A stretch of 64,000 nucleotides of DNA from a virus (lineage: Duplodnaviria; Caudoviricetes), in the IMG/VR virus record IMGVR_UViG_3300028832_000097, positions 96,001-160,000 of that record; one strand, written 5' to 3'. Under the pieces are notes generated by a model. The model had not been told where the DNA came from and made no database searches. It saw only the letters and a list, made by a program, of their open reading frames with translations. Every line of letters starts with the position of its first letter. The first letter of the stretch is position 1. Both the position numbers and the translations under genes were made by a program. Below are positions 1-10,701 of this stretch, in pieces.

Positions 1-354
1 TGTAATAGATTTTGGAATCATCAACCGTGTACCTTCAGGACAACTGTAACCATCCGATATTCTGTTGAAGTATGCAATGACCCAACCATAGGTAGCATCT
101 CCAAGTGTCTTGTAGGCTATGATATCTAATCGATTTTCTTCATGAGCAGGTACATCATAAAAATCTACATTAGCGGTAGTAGTAAAGGGATTAGGTGTTT
201 CAAGTGCAACAAATCGTTCTTCACTACTCGGGCAATGAACAATCTGACGCAATCCTCTATAACGTGATATATGATTGAAATCACGACAAACGCCATAATC
301 AATTCCTTCGTAATCTAGAACTTTGTATGGTGTAGTAGTATTAAGTATTTTCAT
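1..354 (-). CDS. Baseplate wedge protein, LysM/T4 gp53-like (runs off the window edge)
   Basis: Not in ORF track; hand-translated MKILNTTTPYKV...ENRLDIIAYKTLGDATYGWVIAYFNRISDG...LMIP. The RLDxIAxxxxG..W.I...N motif is typical of gp53-like proteins; ATGA overlap with the upstream stop. Confidence 0.7.
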   Translation of the reverse strand, partial: MKILNTTTPYKVLDYEGIDYGVCRDFNHISRYRGLRQIVHCPSSEERFVALETPNPFTTTANVDFYDVPAHEENRLDIIAYKTLGDATYGWVIAYFNRISDGYSCPEGTRLMIPKSIT

Positions 355-1361
355 CCAATAACCCCCATTTGCATAACTGTATCATGACTAAGTGCTTGCG
401 GAGCTACTTCTGTTATGCTTAACGTCAATTTGCAATGTAAGTACCAACCATCATGGCCTAAAGGGCCATCCCAATCTACAGAAACATCATTCATTATTCC
501 GGAAATAAGTATTTTACCTTTTACATACAGTGTTACAATAGCTGTATTTACAGCAGCGCCTACATATCTCGGATAGCATTGAGCTTGGCAGAATCGTATT
601 AGACGGTTTGCTCCGCCTCTGTTATGATCTCCATTCCACATATCTCTATGAAAATCAAATACATAACTATTAGTACGAGGCCCGGAACTCTGATAAAGTT
701 GCCAAGGCTCATATTGATAAAGTAATTCAGGCATCTCTGTATAATTGGCCTTCCTAGTATCACTTACGGATTCCGGATACACAGGAAAATCAACATGTTC
801 ATTGTCTAAGGAAGAATACAGAGAAATATCTCCCCATGGTATTTTGAAGAATTCAAACACTTTAGCATCTGGGCGCGTATAGTCAGAAAATCTTGAAGGC
901 ACTATTGAACTATATTCATTAAATATATTAGGGTCTACACTATGGGGTATTTCTGACAAAGAATTCATTGTACGATTGTATACATTAGCCGATACACCCT
1001 GTTTATTACCTAATACACGTGCGCTATCAGGGATAACAAGACCTATTGGTATCTTTATACAAGTAGGAAATGAGCCTTTTGCAGATATAAATTTCCAAGC
1101 AGAAGCGCCAGATAAAGCTGCGGTCTCAAATACATCAGAATCACCTGCAAATGAATTAAGTACTGAAGATTTTCTTTGCCAATCAACATCTTCCGTTATG
1201 GATTCAATAACAGATTGTGCGTTAGATAAGTATGTTTCACCAATATTAGGAACTCGTGGCAGTTCGTTTACATGCAAAACTTGATCTACATTTCGACTAC
1301 CTACAAGATTAGACAGTTCAGATAACTTTGTATCTTTAGTAACTTCCCAAAACTGCATCAT
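351..1361 (-). CDS. Baseplate/tail-tube initiator-like protein (contractile tail)
   Basis: C-terminal FPVYPESVSDTRKANY...YEPWQLYQSSGPRT...F pattern of tube-fold baseplate proteins; lies between tape measure and gp53-like gene. Confidence 0.55.
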   Translation of the reverse strand: MMQFWEVTKDTKLSELSNLVGSRNVDQVLHVNELPRVPNIGETYLSNAQSVIESITEDVDWQRKSSVLNSFAGDSDVFETAALSGASAWKFISAKGSFPTCIKIPIGLVIPDSARVLGNKQGVSANVYNRTMNSLSEIPHSVDPNIFNEYSSIVPSRFSDYTRPDAKVFEFFKIPWGDISLYSSLDNEHVDFPVYPESVSDTRKANYTEMPELLYQYEPWQLYQSSGPRTNSYVFDFHRDMWNGDHNRGGANRLIRFCQAQCYPRYVGAAVNTAIVTLYVKGKILISGIMNDVSVDWDGPLGHDGWYLHCKLTLSITEVAPQALSHDTVMQMGVIG

Positions 1362-1936
1362 CTACCTCCCTGTACCATGCTCAATGAATCTAGACGTAAT
1401 GACTTAAGTACATGTGGTTCGCCAAAAAGTGCAGGAGAACGATGGTCGCGTTCTGCAGGTAGCATCTTTCTTAGCCACATAGAGCTTATTTCATAACATT
1501 TTGCTTGAGCTTCTGGAGTGAAAATATCATCAATATTATCCACATCCATGAGTACTAACATATCATGTATATCTAATTTAGAACTATCTGTACTAATTAC
1601 AGCATTGAGCATATAAGAATATATCCAATCAGGTAACCTGCGGTTAGGATTATCAGACGATTTAAACGCATTTAAATGATATCCTAAGTTTTCAATGAAT
1701 TCTCTATATGCGCCTTCTAACCCAGGATTTACTAACGGATAATACCATTTAAACCATGACATAGAATCATCATCAAGAAACTGTTCCCACAACTCATCAC
1801 TAGTTTTAGTATCATCTGTAGGATACTTCAGAAATGCATCACACATTTCATCATCGGAAATAAGGTGAGGAGGATAATTGGGTAAGAAACCTTCCTTAAC
1901 CATGTTTATCTTGATGATATCATGTATAAATGTCAT
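1358..1936 (-). CDS. Hypothetical protein (tail module)
   Basis: ORF track; start moved to ATG at 1936 (GGAGG SD, ATGA overlap). Confidence 0.6.
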   Translation of the reverse strand: MTFIHDIIKINMVKEGFLPNYPPHLISDDEMCDAFLKYPTDDTKTSDELWEQFLDDDSMSWFKWYYPLVNPGLEGAYREFIENLGYHLNAFKSSDNPNRRLPDWIYSYMLNAVISTDSSKLDIHDMLVLMDVDNIDDIFTPEAQAKCYEISSMWLRKMLPAERDHRSPALFGEPHVLKSLRLDSLSMVQGGR

Positions 1937-4551
1937 GATACTGTGCCTCCTACAAATTGATTGAATACACCGCTTTGCCATGCATCAATTGAAGATGTTG
2001 ATACTATGCCGGATATAGAAGTTACATCAGAAATAGTGGTCTTAAATGCAATCTGACCGTCATACAATGTGTTGTTTCTATAATTCTGACTCAATGCAGA
2101 GAATGTAGTTTCTTTAACTTTGTAACCTTCTTCCGCAATTGAACTAATAGGATATGCAGTTATGAATGTTCCAGTAACTTTAAGTGGACTAGTTAGTTTA
2201 CTTGCAGGATAAGGTAGTTCTGAACTCTGAGGTAATGTGAACTTAAATACTGACATGTATGTTCCATTTGCTACGTTACCTGTTATATTGTCAGTTACTA
2301 ATAATTTACAACCTAGTATGCTACCATTGTCTGCGAATGTAATAGATTTAAGTGCATAACTATAATGATTATCATTAGGTGCAGTGCTATCCCAGTATTC
2401 ATCGGAATGTGGTGTAGTAGTGCCTGCAAACTCCACTGTCATATCATTTACAACTAGGTCAGAATCATTTGCACTGAATCTTTCATACCACAAGGTTAAT
2501 TCTGTAATGTTTGTGAGTTCATCAAGAATCGCAGCGTCGTAATAAAGATTACATCTATAAGAATTCAATATGTAATCACCACTTAGTTGATTATCTATTC
2601 TAAGCTTCTGACAATCTACAAAATTAATTGTTGAACCTGCGGACACACTACCTAATAGATGAACATATACGCTAGTATTGAATCTACTATCAATATTCAT
2701 TATATTAAGTATGCCTGCCGTATCATCCTCAGTTAGATTAACATATACATGAATTACATCTGGATCAGAAGTAGAGGTTAACTGAGATGCATTGGGGAAT
2801 GCAACGCGATTATTAACATATTCATCTAATTCTTCTTGTATACTTGCCATATCCATTCCAGAAGCTGTTGTGTAGTTCTGCCCTAACTGATATGCAAGCG
2901 TACCAGAAGCTAATAACTCATAATCAAGTAATCGTAAGTGACCATCGGATGTTAAATATATATAACCATTTCCGTAAGCAGTTTCTGGGACATTCAAGAA
3001 TCCACCAATAGCTGTTTCTGTAGCAAATGGTATCTGACCTGTAACCCAAACAGGTTCTGAATACTCGTATTCACCAGCAATAGATACTGCATAATAGTAA
3101 TACAGCGGATCGCTTCCAGATGCATCTACAACAGTAAAGAAGTCTTTATTTACGATACCTCTATATCCTGTAGATAAATCAAACAAACTATTGATAAATG
3201 TCATGTCCGTAGGGTCAAAAGTAGTTTCCGACTCGTAGTATCCTAACTGTACACCACCTGCTAGCGATGCAGGAATTACAGAAGACGGAGGTACCTGCTC
3301 GACCTTTGCGATAGCGTTGACATAGCCAGGAAGTACCACATACATTGTTGCAGGTAATCTTGCAGTTTCGTCGTCAATATCAAGTGTTCCATCCTGGTTT
3401 ACTAATACGTAATCACCAACATCCCAACCAGTTATTTTAGGTAGCTCACTTCTCTCAAGCATGATTCCTGAAATATAATATTTGAGCTTACCTTGCGGCA
3501 AATAATACAGGTTATCAATCTTGCGTTCAATAGCCCGGATGCTCTCAGTATATGCAGGTGTAACAGTACCACCGGTTTTTGTACCAAAATTAGCTGCAGG
3601 TAAATCAATTACTTTATCTGCATAATATTGTGAATCACCGCTACTGTTAGACATACCATCTGGTTGTTTGTGCGGCATATGTAACTGTGTGTATCCGGTA
3701 ACTGGATTGTAGATAAACTGTGCAGAATTCAATCCAGGATTTTCACCATCCATGAGTACAGGATGTGCATCCCAAACAATCAAACTATCGAGTGAATCAC
3801 ACCAAGTATCATAACCTGTTTGAGGGTCTGTACCTTTACCTGCAAACGTGTAAATCTTCTTTGGATCTAACCCACGCTTACTTACATAAGTACTATCTAC
3901 TAAAGATCCTGTATTAGAAATTCTATCAGGAGATAATACTGCGGTCTTATCAGGATTTATTACTATTCCAGAAATAACTCCACTTCTATAAGTAAACTCA
4001 CCTAATTTAAGATGCGCATTTACTTTAGATTCATCAGTCGGTGAATCAGATGGCAGTGTAAATTTAGTGCCTACTTCTCCATACTTTGGGAGAATGACAA
4101 TTTGTACACCTTCATAAAGATTTGCAGCGTTTTCTACAAGCATTGAACCTGCCATTGTAGTTTCTGTGCTATACATTATCCTAAGACCTACGCAGAGCTC
4201 ACCCTTCAAAGGCTCTTCACCTTCTTGTTGTGCAGATATGTTAGCTTCTGCGATATCAATAACAATAGGAGCCAAAGATTCTACAAAGTGTCCGTTGACA
4301 AGTGCACGTCCTTCGCTGATTTGGAGTGAAGTTGAACTAATAGGGACACCTGTACTATCAAGCTGTTGCGAAATTGCAAAATCTTCTGCAGAATGTGCGT
4401 ATGATGGGCCTATGTGATATCTAACAGACGGATCTGTTCCTACACTTTCACGAGATCTGAGATTCCATTCTGTAGCGTATTGGCCTCCAGCATGTGAATT
4501 AACAATAGGAAATATATTTGTGCTTCCTACAGGAAATAATACAAAATTCAT
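1933..4551 (-). CDS. Large virion structural protein (baseplate/tail-associated)
   Basis: 872 aa, S/T/G/D-rich, beta-rich composition; GRALVNGHFV motif; strong SD; tail context. Confidence 0.5.
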   Translation of the reverse strand: MNFVLFPVGSTNIFPIVNSHAGGQYATEWNLRSRESVGTDPSVRYHIGPSYAHSAEDFAISQQLDSTGVPISSTSLQISEGRALVNGHFVESLAPIVIDIAEANISAQQEGEEPLKGELCVGLRIMYSTETTMAGSMLVENAANLYEGVQIVILPKYGEVGTKFTLPSDSPTDESKVNAHLKLGEFTYRSGVISGIVINPDKTAVLSPDRISNTGSLVDSTYVSKRGLDPKKIYTFAGKGTDPQTGYDTWCDSLDSLIVWDAHPVLMDGENPGLNSAQFIYNPVTGYTQLHMPHKQPDGMSNSSGDSQYYADKVIDLPAANFGTKTGGTVTPAYTESIRAIERKIDNLYYLPQGKLKYYISGIMLERSELPKITGWDVGDYVLVNQDGTLDIDDETARLPATMYVVLPGYVNAIAKVEQVPPSSVIPASLAGGVQLGYYESETTFDPTDMTFINSLFDLSTGYRGIVNKDFFTVVDASGSDPLYYYYAVSIAGEYEYSEPVWVTGQIPFATETAIGGFLNVPETAYGNGYIYLTSDGHLRLLDYELLASGTLAYQLGQNYTTASGMDMASIQEELDEYVNNRVAFPNASQLTSTSDPDVIHVYVNLTEDDTAGILNIMNIDSRFNTSVYVHLLGSVSAGSTINFVDCQKLRIDNQLSGDYILNSYRCNLYYDAAILDELTNITELTLWYERFSANDSDLVVNDMTVEFAGTTTPHSDEYWDSTAPNDNHYSYALKSITFADNGSILGCKLLVTDNITGNVANGTYMSVFKFTLPQSSELPYPASKLTSPLKVTGTFITAYPISSIAEEGYKVKETTFSALSQNYRNNTLYDGQIAFKTTISDVTSISGIVSTSSIDAWQSGVFNQFVGGTVS

Positions 4552-4594
4552 TAGTGCCTCCTATATTATATTTATTGATATTTAAGGTGTTTAT

Positions 4595-7500
4595 TTATAC
4601 TTTATATGTACCGCCCATTGCAAGTGCAGCTAATGTATCCGCAAGTCCAGATGACGCCCCTGCATTGTTTGTTTGGTTCTGGATAGCATTGATTACTACA
4701 AGGATCTGCGATAACAATGCATTTGTTTGTAAGGTTGGATCTTTCAAATCAGCAGTGTTAGCAGTTAATGCTTCTGCTAATGCATATATAGCATCACCCT
4801 TCTGTGTTTGCTCCTGCCTCTGTATTTCTGCAACTTTCTTGTAATAACTTTCACCACCTAATGCTTGATCATAGTATACATGATTTATGTAATAGTTTGA
4901 CCAATCTGTGACATATTTTTTCATTGTAGACTGATGCTTGTCCCAATTCTCCCGCCATTCATCCCATCGCTCTACCATTGAATTTAACGTATCAAACAAA
5001 GGTGTTTGGAAATTTTCAGGGAATTGTAATTTGTAGAAATCTACACCTAATGAATAAAATTCTCGCTCTACCTGCCGATACTGCTCTGCTTCTTGTGCAG
5101 CTACTTGCGCTTGTTTTGATTCAAAATATCTACCTAATGCAGATTCGTCATATCCTGCAGATTCTAATGCATCCGACAAATTAACTATGCCGTGCTTCCG
5201 TGCTTTTGAAGCAAAATCTGTGTAGGACTTACTACTAGAAATAAGATCATACAATAAACTGCTAGTGCGATTTGAAGATGATGTACTATGTGTAGCTACT
5301 TGTGCAAAATTATAATCTGAACCTCCAAGTAATGACGATATTACGCTTTGGCTTGATTTTCCTAATATGTTCCAGCTGTATCCGGAAGACACGTTAGTAG
5401 AACGAGACCTACCTAACATACTGGATACAGCACCACTTATGCTACCAATCACTGCAGCATCTACATAATCGTCTAAATCTCCTATACGACTTAATAGTGA
5501 TATGCCAGTATTAATGTTACCGCCTGATAAGTATCGTCTTCCAAATTGCATTATTCCATAATTTGATCTGCCTCCAAGCTGACTAACTAGTGAACTCGTC
5601 AGATTAAGATTTGCATCACGAGTAAGGAGATTACTCAAAGTAGTCCTATTTGCAGAACCTACATTTCCTAATTCTAATACTTGACGTATATCACTCTTCC
5701 ATGCCTCAGCTTCTGCAAAAGTAGATAACTGCTCTATACTTTCTGTGATACCTTCCATACCTGGTATCAACCATATTATAATATTCTGTATTGCAGAGAG
5801 TATTCCTAACAATGCATCTAATGCAGCGCCTTGCAGATTAACACCATATTCGGCTTCCATCATCTCACGAGCAAGCTGCTCATCCCACATATGTTTTTGG
5901 ATTTCTCTAGCTGCTTCATTATCAAGTACATAAGATAATCCGTTTTCAATCATGTATTGGTTAATCTGTCGATTTTTAAGTTGCTCTGCAGTGAGTGTAG
6001 TTTCTCCCGAAACCATGAGTTCCATGTTTTCGTTGAGTGCATCGCTATTTGTGTTCATCTGTGAAATTGCCTGCGCAAGATAGTTGAAATCTATTCTAGC
6101 AAATGCATCAGAAGATAATCCAAACAGCTCTGCGTAACCTTCCGCCTTCTCCATGTAGGCTGCAGAAGAGTCATTGTACATACTTGCAAGGTTTGTAAAC
6201 AAAGTAGAAAATACTTTCTGCGGATCACTTGCAAGTGCTTGTAAGAATTCTGTGTTAGATGCGTTTATACCTGCAAGCGATCTCAAGGCAACGGTACTAC
6301 TAGCGTTACCTCCTGTCGCAGCACTATATACTGCATCAGTTATAGCATTTGCAAGATCAGGAGCAACTGCACCTACAATTGCAGCTACAGACGTCATAAC
6401 GCCGGATATTCCTGAAATATTACCGGACCGTGCAGCTTGTGCAATTCTTACAGATTGTTCATATATGCTCTGTGCATTAGTAAGTCCAGTTGAATAACCA
6501 CCCGCAAGTTGTCTACCAGCGTATAGCAAATTATTTGCAAAGGTTAATAAACTATCATTTGCTTCTTGAATTGCTTCATCTTGCGATTTACCTAAACGTA
6601 TTGCATTTGCTGCAATAGACGAATATGTAGAAGCATACCCGAAGAAATCTTGTGTGGGAATTGCATTTCCAAGTATAGTTGCCTGGTATGCAAATTCTTC
6701 TGCAACTCTACCGCTCAATCCAGACGAAATAACTTTAGACAGATTGTCTACTAAGCTGCTACCACTGATTATATCAGTAAGACCTTCATCTCGTAATCTC
6801 TGTGCGTATGCAGACATCAGATCTTGTACATCTGATTTAGTGTATCCTTGTGTGGCAGAAATTATTCTGAGGTTACTGTCGAAAGCTTGCGTAAGTGAAT
6901 TTGCAGATTCTTCTAGTATCTTGAAAGGCTCGCTTACAAGTGTTCTAACATCTGCAAGTAATCGATCTTTTGCAAGTTTTGAATTTTCTCTTGCAGAATT
7001 CTGTTGACGCTTAGAAGCAGCATCTAATGCCTTGTTATACTCTTGAAATCCTTCAATTGCAGGTTGTATTGCTTCTTCTAATTCGTTTAGTTTATATATT
7101 ACAGCAGCGCCTGCGAGCGCAAGTGGGCCTAACTTTGTAACTACTTCTCCTAAACCAGATGCAAGCTGTCCTGCATTATTTCCTACAATTTGTGCGCCTC
7201 GAGATAGCGCCTGGGTTAAAGACCCACTAGCATCTAATGTAGCATTAAACCCAGTGAGTGCCTTATCAAATACAGCACCTACTTCGCCTAATCCGCTCTC
7301 AACACCAGAAGATCTGAGAATTCGTTGACCAATCTCTTTACCTATTCTGCCAGGAATATCTTTTAAATTGAGATTCTCACCAAAGGCCTTTACAACAGCA
7401 TCCTGTATTTTCTTACTAGTTGCATCATTAAATACATTCTTGAGCAGCCCGTCTTTTATGGCCTTTGTGAATTCATCTTCAAATGAACCATAACTGCGAG

Positions 7501-7723
7501 ACTGCCCTGACCCACTGCGAGACGAAGAATAATCATTATAATTATTACGCATCCTGTTAGACGTAGCATTACGTATTGCATCGCTAACAGATGACTGAGA
7601 ACCATTTTGTATAAAACCTTGAAGTTCTTTGAGGCTCTTATCAATAGACTCAAGGTGTCCCTGTGTTGGACCTAAACTTTCTTGTACTAATCTAGCTAAT
7701 ACATCTGAATCTACTGATGCCAT
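4595..7723 (-). CDS. Tail tape measure protein
   Basis: 1042 aa, Ala/Ser/Gly/Leu-rich helical protein directly downstream of a chaperone pair and upstream of baseplate genes. Confidence 0.7.
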   Translation of the reverse strand: MASVDSDVLARLVQESLGPTQGHLESIDKSLKELQGFIQNGSQSSVSDAIRNATSNRMRNNYNDYSSSRSGSGQSRSYGSFEDEFTKAIKDGLLKNVFNDATSKKIQDAVVKAFGENLNLKDIPGRIGKEIGQRILRSSGVESGLGEVGAVFDKALTGFNATLDASGSLTQALSRGAQIVGNNAGQLASGLGEVVTKLGPLALAGAAVIYKLNELEEAIQPAIEGFQEYNKALDAASKRQQNSARENSKLAKDRLLADVRTLVSEPFKILEESANSLTQAFDSNLRIISATQGYTKSDVQDLMSAYAQRLRDEGLTDIISGSSLVDNLSKVISSGLSGRVAEEFAYQATILGNAIPTQDFFGYASTYSSIAANAIRLGKSQDEAIQEANDSLLTFANNLLYAGRQLAGGYSTGLTNAQSIYEQSVRIAQAARSGNISGISGVMTSVAAIVGAVAPDLANAITDAVYSAATGGNASSTVALRSLAGINASNTEFLQALASDPQKVFSTLFTNLASMYNDSSAAYMEKAEGYAELFGLSSDAFARIDFNYLAQAISQMNTNSDALNENMELMVSGETTLTAEQLKNRQINQYMIENGLSYVLDNEAAREIQKHMWDEQLAREMMEAEYGVNLQGAALDALLGILSAIQNIIIWLIPGMEGITESIEQLSTFAEAEAWKSDIRQVLELGNVGSANRTTLSNLLTRDANLNLTSSLVSQLGGRSNYGIMQFGRRYLSGGNINTGISLLSRIGDLDDYVDAAVIGSISGAVSSMLGRSRSTNVSSGYSWNILGKSSQSVISSLLGGSDYNFAQVATHSTSSSNRTSSLLYDLISSSKSYTDFASKARKHGIVNLSDALESAGYDESALGRYFESKQAQVAAQEAEQYRQVEREFYSLGVDFYKLQFPENFQTPLFDTLNSMVERWDEWRENWDKHQSTMKKYVTDWSNYYINHVYYDQALGGESYYKKVAEIQRQEQTQKGDAIYALAEALTANTADLKDPTLQTNALLSQILVVINAIQNQTNNAGASSGLADTLAALAMGGTYKV

Positions 7724-7792
7724 TGTGTTCTCCTTTGTAACAATTATGAGGTAGTGATTACAATGATTGTAATCCTACCCCACGCTTAATAG

Positions 7793-8032
7793 TTATTTCT
7801 TACTTGTACGTGCGTTTCTACTCGACTGAAGGGCTTCTTCGCGTTCTTTAACCTCTTTAGTGAATAGCTTCACGTATTTCTTACGTATGAATATTGGTTG
7901 TGTCATTATCCATTCGGCAGAAACTGCACCTTCGGATGCTCTGGATATGAATAATGCTTCATCAACTATTTGTTCATATAGTTCTTGCCGCACCTCATGA
8001 CGACTTTTCATCTCCCCCTGCACGTCTATCAT
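7793..8032 (-). CDS. Tail assembly chaperone C-terminal part (probably a +1 frameshift extension of 7995..8792)
   Basis: Overlaps the upstream ORF in the +1 frame, which opens just before TTT TTT CGT at 8072-8064; precedes tape measure. Confidence 0.55.
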   Translation of the reverse strand: MIDVQGEMKSRHEVRQELYEQIVDEALFISRASEGAVSAEWIMTQPIFIRKKYVKLFTKEVKEREEALQSSRNARTSKK

Positions 8033-8792
8033 CTCTCCACTTTCGTAGATCTCCCATGGTCGGACGAAAAAACTTATCGTTCACCAATGCAAGGAAAGCA
8101 GCGTCATTCTTACCACATTTAGGGCATTTCGCAACACCTGCGGCACGCAGACCGTAATCTGTAAGTTCTTGGATCTTATTTTTCAAGATTATATAATCAG
8201 CAGAATTGAATCGCTGTGTTACAAGCATTTTTGCTTCAACAGGGTTAAGATTCTTTTTTGTTCCTACTTCTGAAATCATGTAGCAGATACGAGCAAGCTG
8301 TGTATTGGATTTATCACCTACCTTGAACGAATTATCATTCTCAGCATTCAGCATATCCTGAATTGTAGGTAATTTAACATGTACGTCTTCGTTGAAGTCA
8401 AGGAACTCGTCTTTAGATATTACAATATCATTAGTAAACTTGGGCGGAAGTACTTTACAATCTACAGTACGCAGATCTACAGTGTATTCACCGTGTGAAG
8501 ATTCCCCGCAATTACTGCAGAACAATACATTAGTTGTAAAATAAGGTCCATAATTGAGAATTCGAAGTGCCCTACAAATCCAATGAAAATCGATTTCAAG
8601 TAACTGTCGGAAATCAATCTTTTCTTGAACAGCTTGTGGTAATATGCTATCAAGCATAGTTTGTTCAAAATCCTCTGAACTTACAAATTCGAGTTCACTA
8701 GCAGTAGGTATGCTCTGTAATGTCAATACATCCGGTATTGAATTATACAGTCCTTTGCCCAGTAACTCGATTTTTTCAGAATTAGCAGCCAT
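7995..8792 (-). CDS. Tail/baseplate-hub assembly chaperone (T4 gp26-like, two CxxC)
   Basis: CSNC and CPKC motifs, D.HWICRALRILNYG, KLPTIQD, ends FFRP; upstream of tape measure. Confidence 0.65.
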   Translation of the reverse strand: MAANSEKIELLGKGLYNSIPDVLTLQSIPTASELEFVSSEDFEQTMLDSILPQAVQEKIDFRQLLEIDFHWICRALRILNYGPYFTTNVLFCSNCGESSHGEYTVDLRTVDCKVLPPKFTNDIVISKDEFLDFNEDVHVKLPTIQDMLNAENDNSFKVGDKSNTQLARICYMISEVGTKKNLNPVEAKMLVTQRFNSADYIILKNKIQELTDYGLRAAGVAKCPKCGKNDAAFLALVNDKFFRPTMGDLRKWRDDRRAGGDEKSS

Positions 8793-8870
8793 GTTGTGTC
8801 CTCCTAAAGGTTTTAGAATTTTGTGTGGCTTTATAAAATTATTAAAGGTTCAAACTGTGAATTTTCAACC

Positions 8871-9263
8871 CTATGAAGCAATGAGTGAATTCCAGCCCTC
8901 AATAGCAGCCCGCCAAGTCTTACCAGGTAATGACGCAGAAGTAAGTCCGCATTTCTTGCATTCAATATATTTGAAGTTAACATCCGAAATGTGTGTACGT
9001 TTATTGAATCTTGTGCTACCACACGATGGGCAAGCAGATAGTTTTGGAAGCGGTGTCCTAGGTTTAGATCCAGGGACAGGTTGCAGTGGACAGCTTGCAC
9101 ACTTACAATCTACATTAACCGGTTTCCGAGTGATTAAACAAAAATTCTTACCTTCACATGTTTTCATACAGAGTTTGCATTCGCCACAGTGGGAAGGCAT
9201 TTTCATATTCAATATTACTTTATCTTGCGAATTAACTTTCCGAGTCGTCATCGTCATCCTCAT
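8871..9263 (-). CDS. Lar-like (restriction alleviation family) zinc-ribbon protein
   Basis: LSACPSCG...IECKKCG...AAIEGWN matches the Lar family pattern; start uncertain. Confidence 0.55.
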   Translation of the reverse strand: MRMTMTTRKVNSQDKVILNMKMPSHCGECKLCMKTCEGKNFCLITRKPVNVDCKCASCPLQPVPGSKPRTPLPKLSACPSCGSTRFNKRTHISDVNFKYIECKKCGLTSASLPGKTWRAAIEGWNSLIAS

Positions 9264-9435
9264 TCTTTAAGCTGATTCGACATTTAGCAAGCACAGTACC
9301 TAATTTGAATCCTTGTTGAAATCCTGCATTCTTGCCGCAGAAATATCCTGCCATCAAACACAGCCCACATTCAATAATGTATTTTATACAAAATAAAATC
9401 AAAGCTGATCTGTTGATATCAAGCATATCTATCAA
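9232..9435 (-). CDS. Small membrane protein
   Basis: Hydrophobic N-half, G-rich segment, acidic tail. Confidence 0.45.
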   Translation of the reverse strand: MIDMLDINRSALILFCIKYIIECGLCLMAGYFCGKNAGFQQGFKLGTVLAKCRISLKNEDDDDDSES

Positions 9436-9766
9436 TGATGGTACGCAACATATCTACAATTGCTTCTGCAGCAGCTCCAGACTCCTCAAGCAGCTTAACT
9501 GCACTACGCTCATTCTCCCATGCATCATAAAATGCTTCAACTTCGTCATCCGGAATATCATCAAAGAAAGAAGTATCTTCAATATTGACGAAACCTTTAC
9601 CCTCGTCATCATCAAAATACTTCCAGTTATCAGTATACTTATCTACAAAGGGTTCAATTGCTTTGATAATGTCATCAATGAAGTTATCAATAGCATCGCC
9701 CTTATCTGATGCTAGTTTTGCTAACTCTTCTCCGGTCTGTATGTAGTTGTCACGTGTAATAGCCAT
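9419..9766 (-). CDS. Hypothetical acidic protein
   Basis: ORF with GGAGG SD and upstream ATCGTTA motif. Confidence 0.6.
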   Translation of the reverse strand: MAITRDNYIQTGEELAKLASDKGDAIDNFIDDIIKAIEPFVDKYTDNWKYFDDDEGKGFVNIEDTSFFDDIPDDEVEAFYDAWENERSAVKLLEESGAAAEAIVDMLRTIIDRYA

Positions 9767-9787
9767 TGTGCGCCTCCTATAATGTAT

Positions 9788-9979
9788 TCATAATGTACTT
9801 AATAACGATTGTAATTGTTTAATTTGGAACAACTCCGGTTGATGATGGATGTTCTTGTAAGATGTTGAAACTTCTGCATCTATCAGGGCATCTTGGATCG
9901 AACATATATACGCTTGATAGTATATATTGAATGGATCCACTGACGCTTCAAGTAACTTAGTGACATCGTCTAACATCAT
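9788..9979 (-). CDS. Hypothetical protein
   Basis: Short ORF, ATGA-coupled to the upstream gene. Confidence 0.45.
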   Translation of the reverse strand: MMLDDVTKLLEASVDPFNIYYQAYICSIQDALIDAEVSTSYKNIHHQPELFQIKQLQSLLSTL

Positions 9980-10689
9980 TTCTCCTGCTTTGCCATAGAA
10001 TAATTATTAATATTAGTTACTACGATCTCAAACACTACTGCGTTTGCAGACCTTGCAAGTCGATTAAATACTAGATTGTCGTAGCATAAATCGCGAAGTA
10101 GCATTATTACATTCTCCATGACGTTATTCAAATTTACACTGTCGTTGTAATGGATCCAGAGTTCGTCATCTTTCTGAAGTATATAACTTACACCTGCAGT
10201 ATCTTCTCGAGCATTAAGTGTGCCTTGTAATGCTTCTAAATCAAGTTTATTTTGAATCATAACAGAACTTTCTACAGAATTTTCAGAAGCAACTTCTTCT
10301 ACATCCGTTTTGCTTTCTGCCGATTGCGCAGGTTCTTCATTCATATTATTCTCAAATTCTTTTAGGTCATTCATATGATCTGATTTAGAAGTAAACGTTG
10401 CGGGCTTAGATGTCGATTTAGTGCTAGGAGTTTCTGCAACAGCTTCAGGTTCAGCAGTTTCTTCATTATCACTAGAAGTATCATCTAACTGTTGATCAAC
10501 CTCGGTAATATTTTCAGTATCTTCAACTTCTTCAGGTACAGCTGTAAGTTCCTCTACTACTTCGTCGTCGAGATAAGAACGCAACTGCTGCACTAACTCA
10601 GCATTAACAGGACTCTGCAATGCGCTTCTAATTGCTGCTTTATTCTTAGAAGCTTTAAACAATGTACTTGCGTAAATTTTATCTAACAT
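9976..10689 (-). CDS. Hypothetical protein with acidic low-complexity linker
   Basis: 237 aa ORF, GGAGG SD. Confidence 0.6.
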   Translation of the reverse strand: MLDKIYASTLFKASKNKAAIRSALQSPVNAELVQQLRSYLDDEVVEELTAVPEEVEDTENITEVDQQLDDTSSDNEETAEPEAVAETPSTKSTSKPATFTSKSDHMNDLKEFENNMNEEPAQSAESKTDVEEVASENSVESSVMIQNKLDLEALQGTLNAREDTAGVSYILQKDDELWIHYNDSVNLNNVMENVIMLLRDLCYDNLVFNRLARSANAVVFEIVVTNINNYSMAKQEK

Positions 10690-10701
10690 ATATCTGCCTC
10701 C

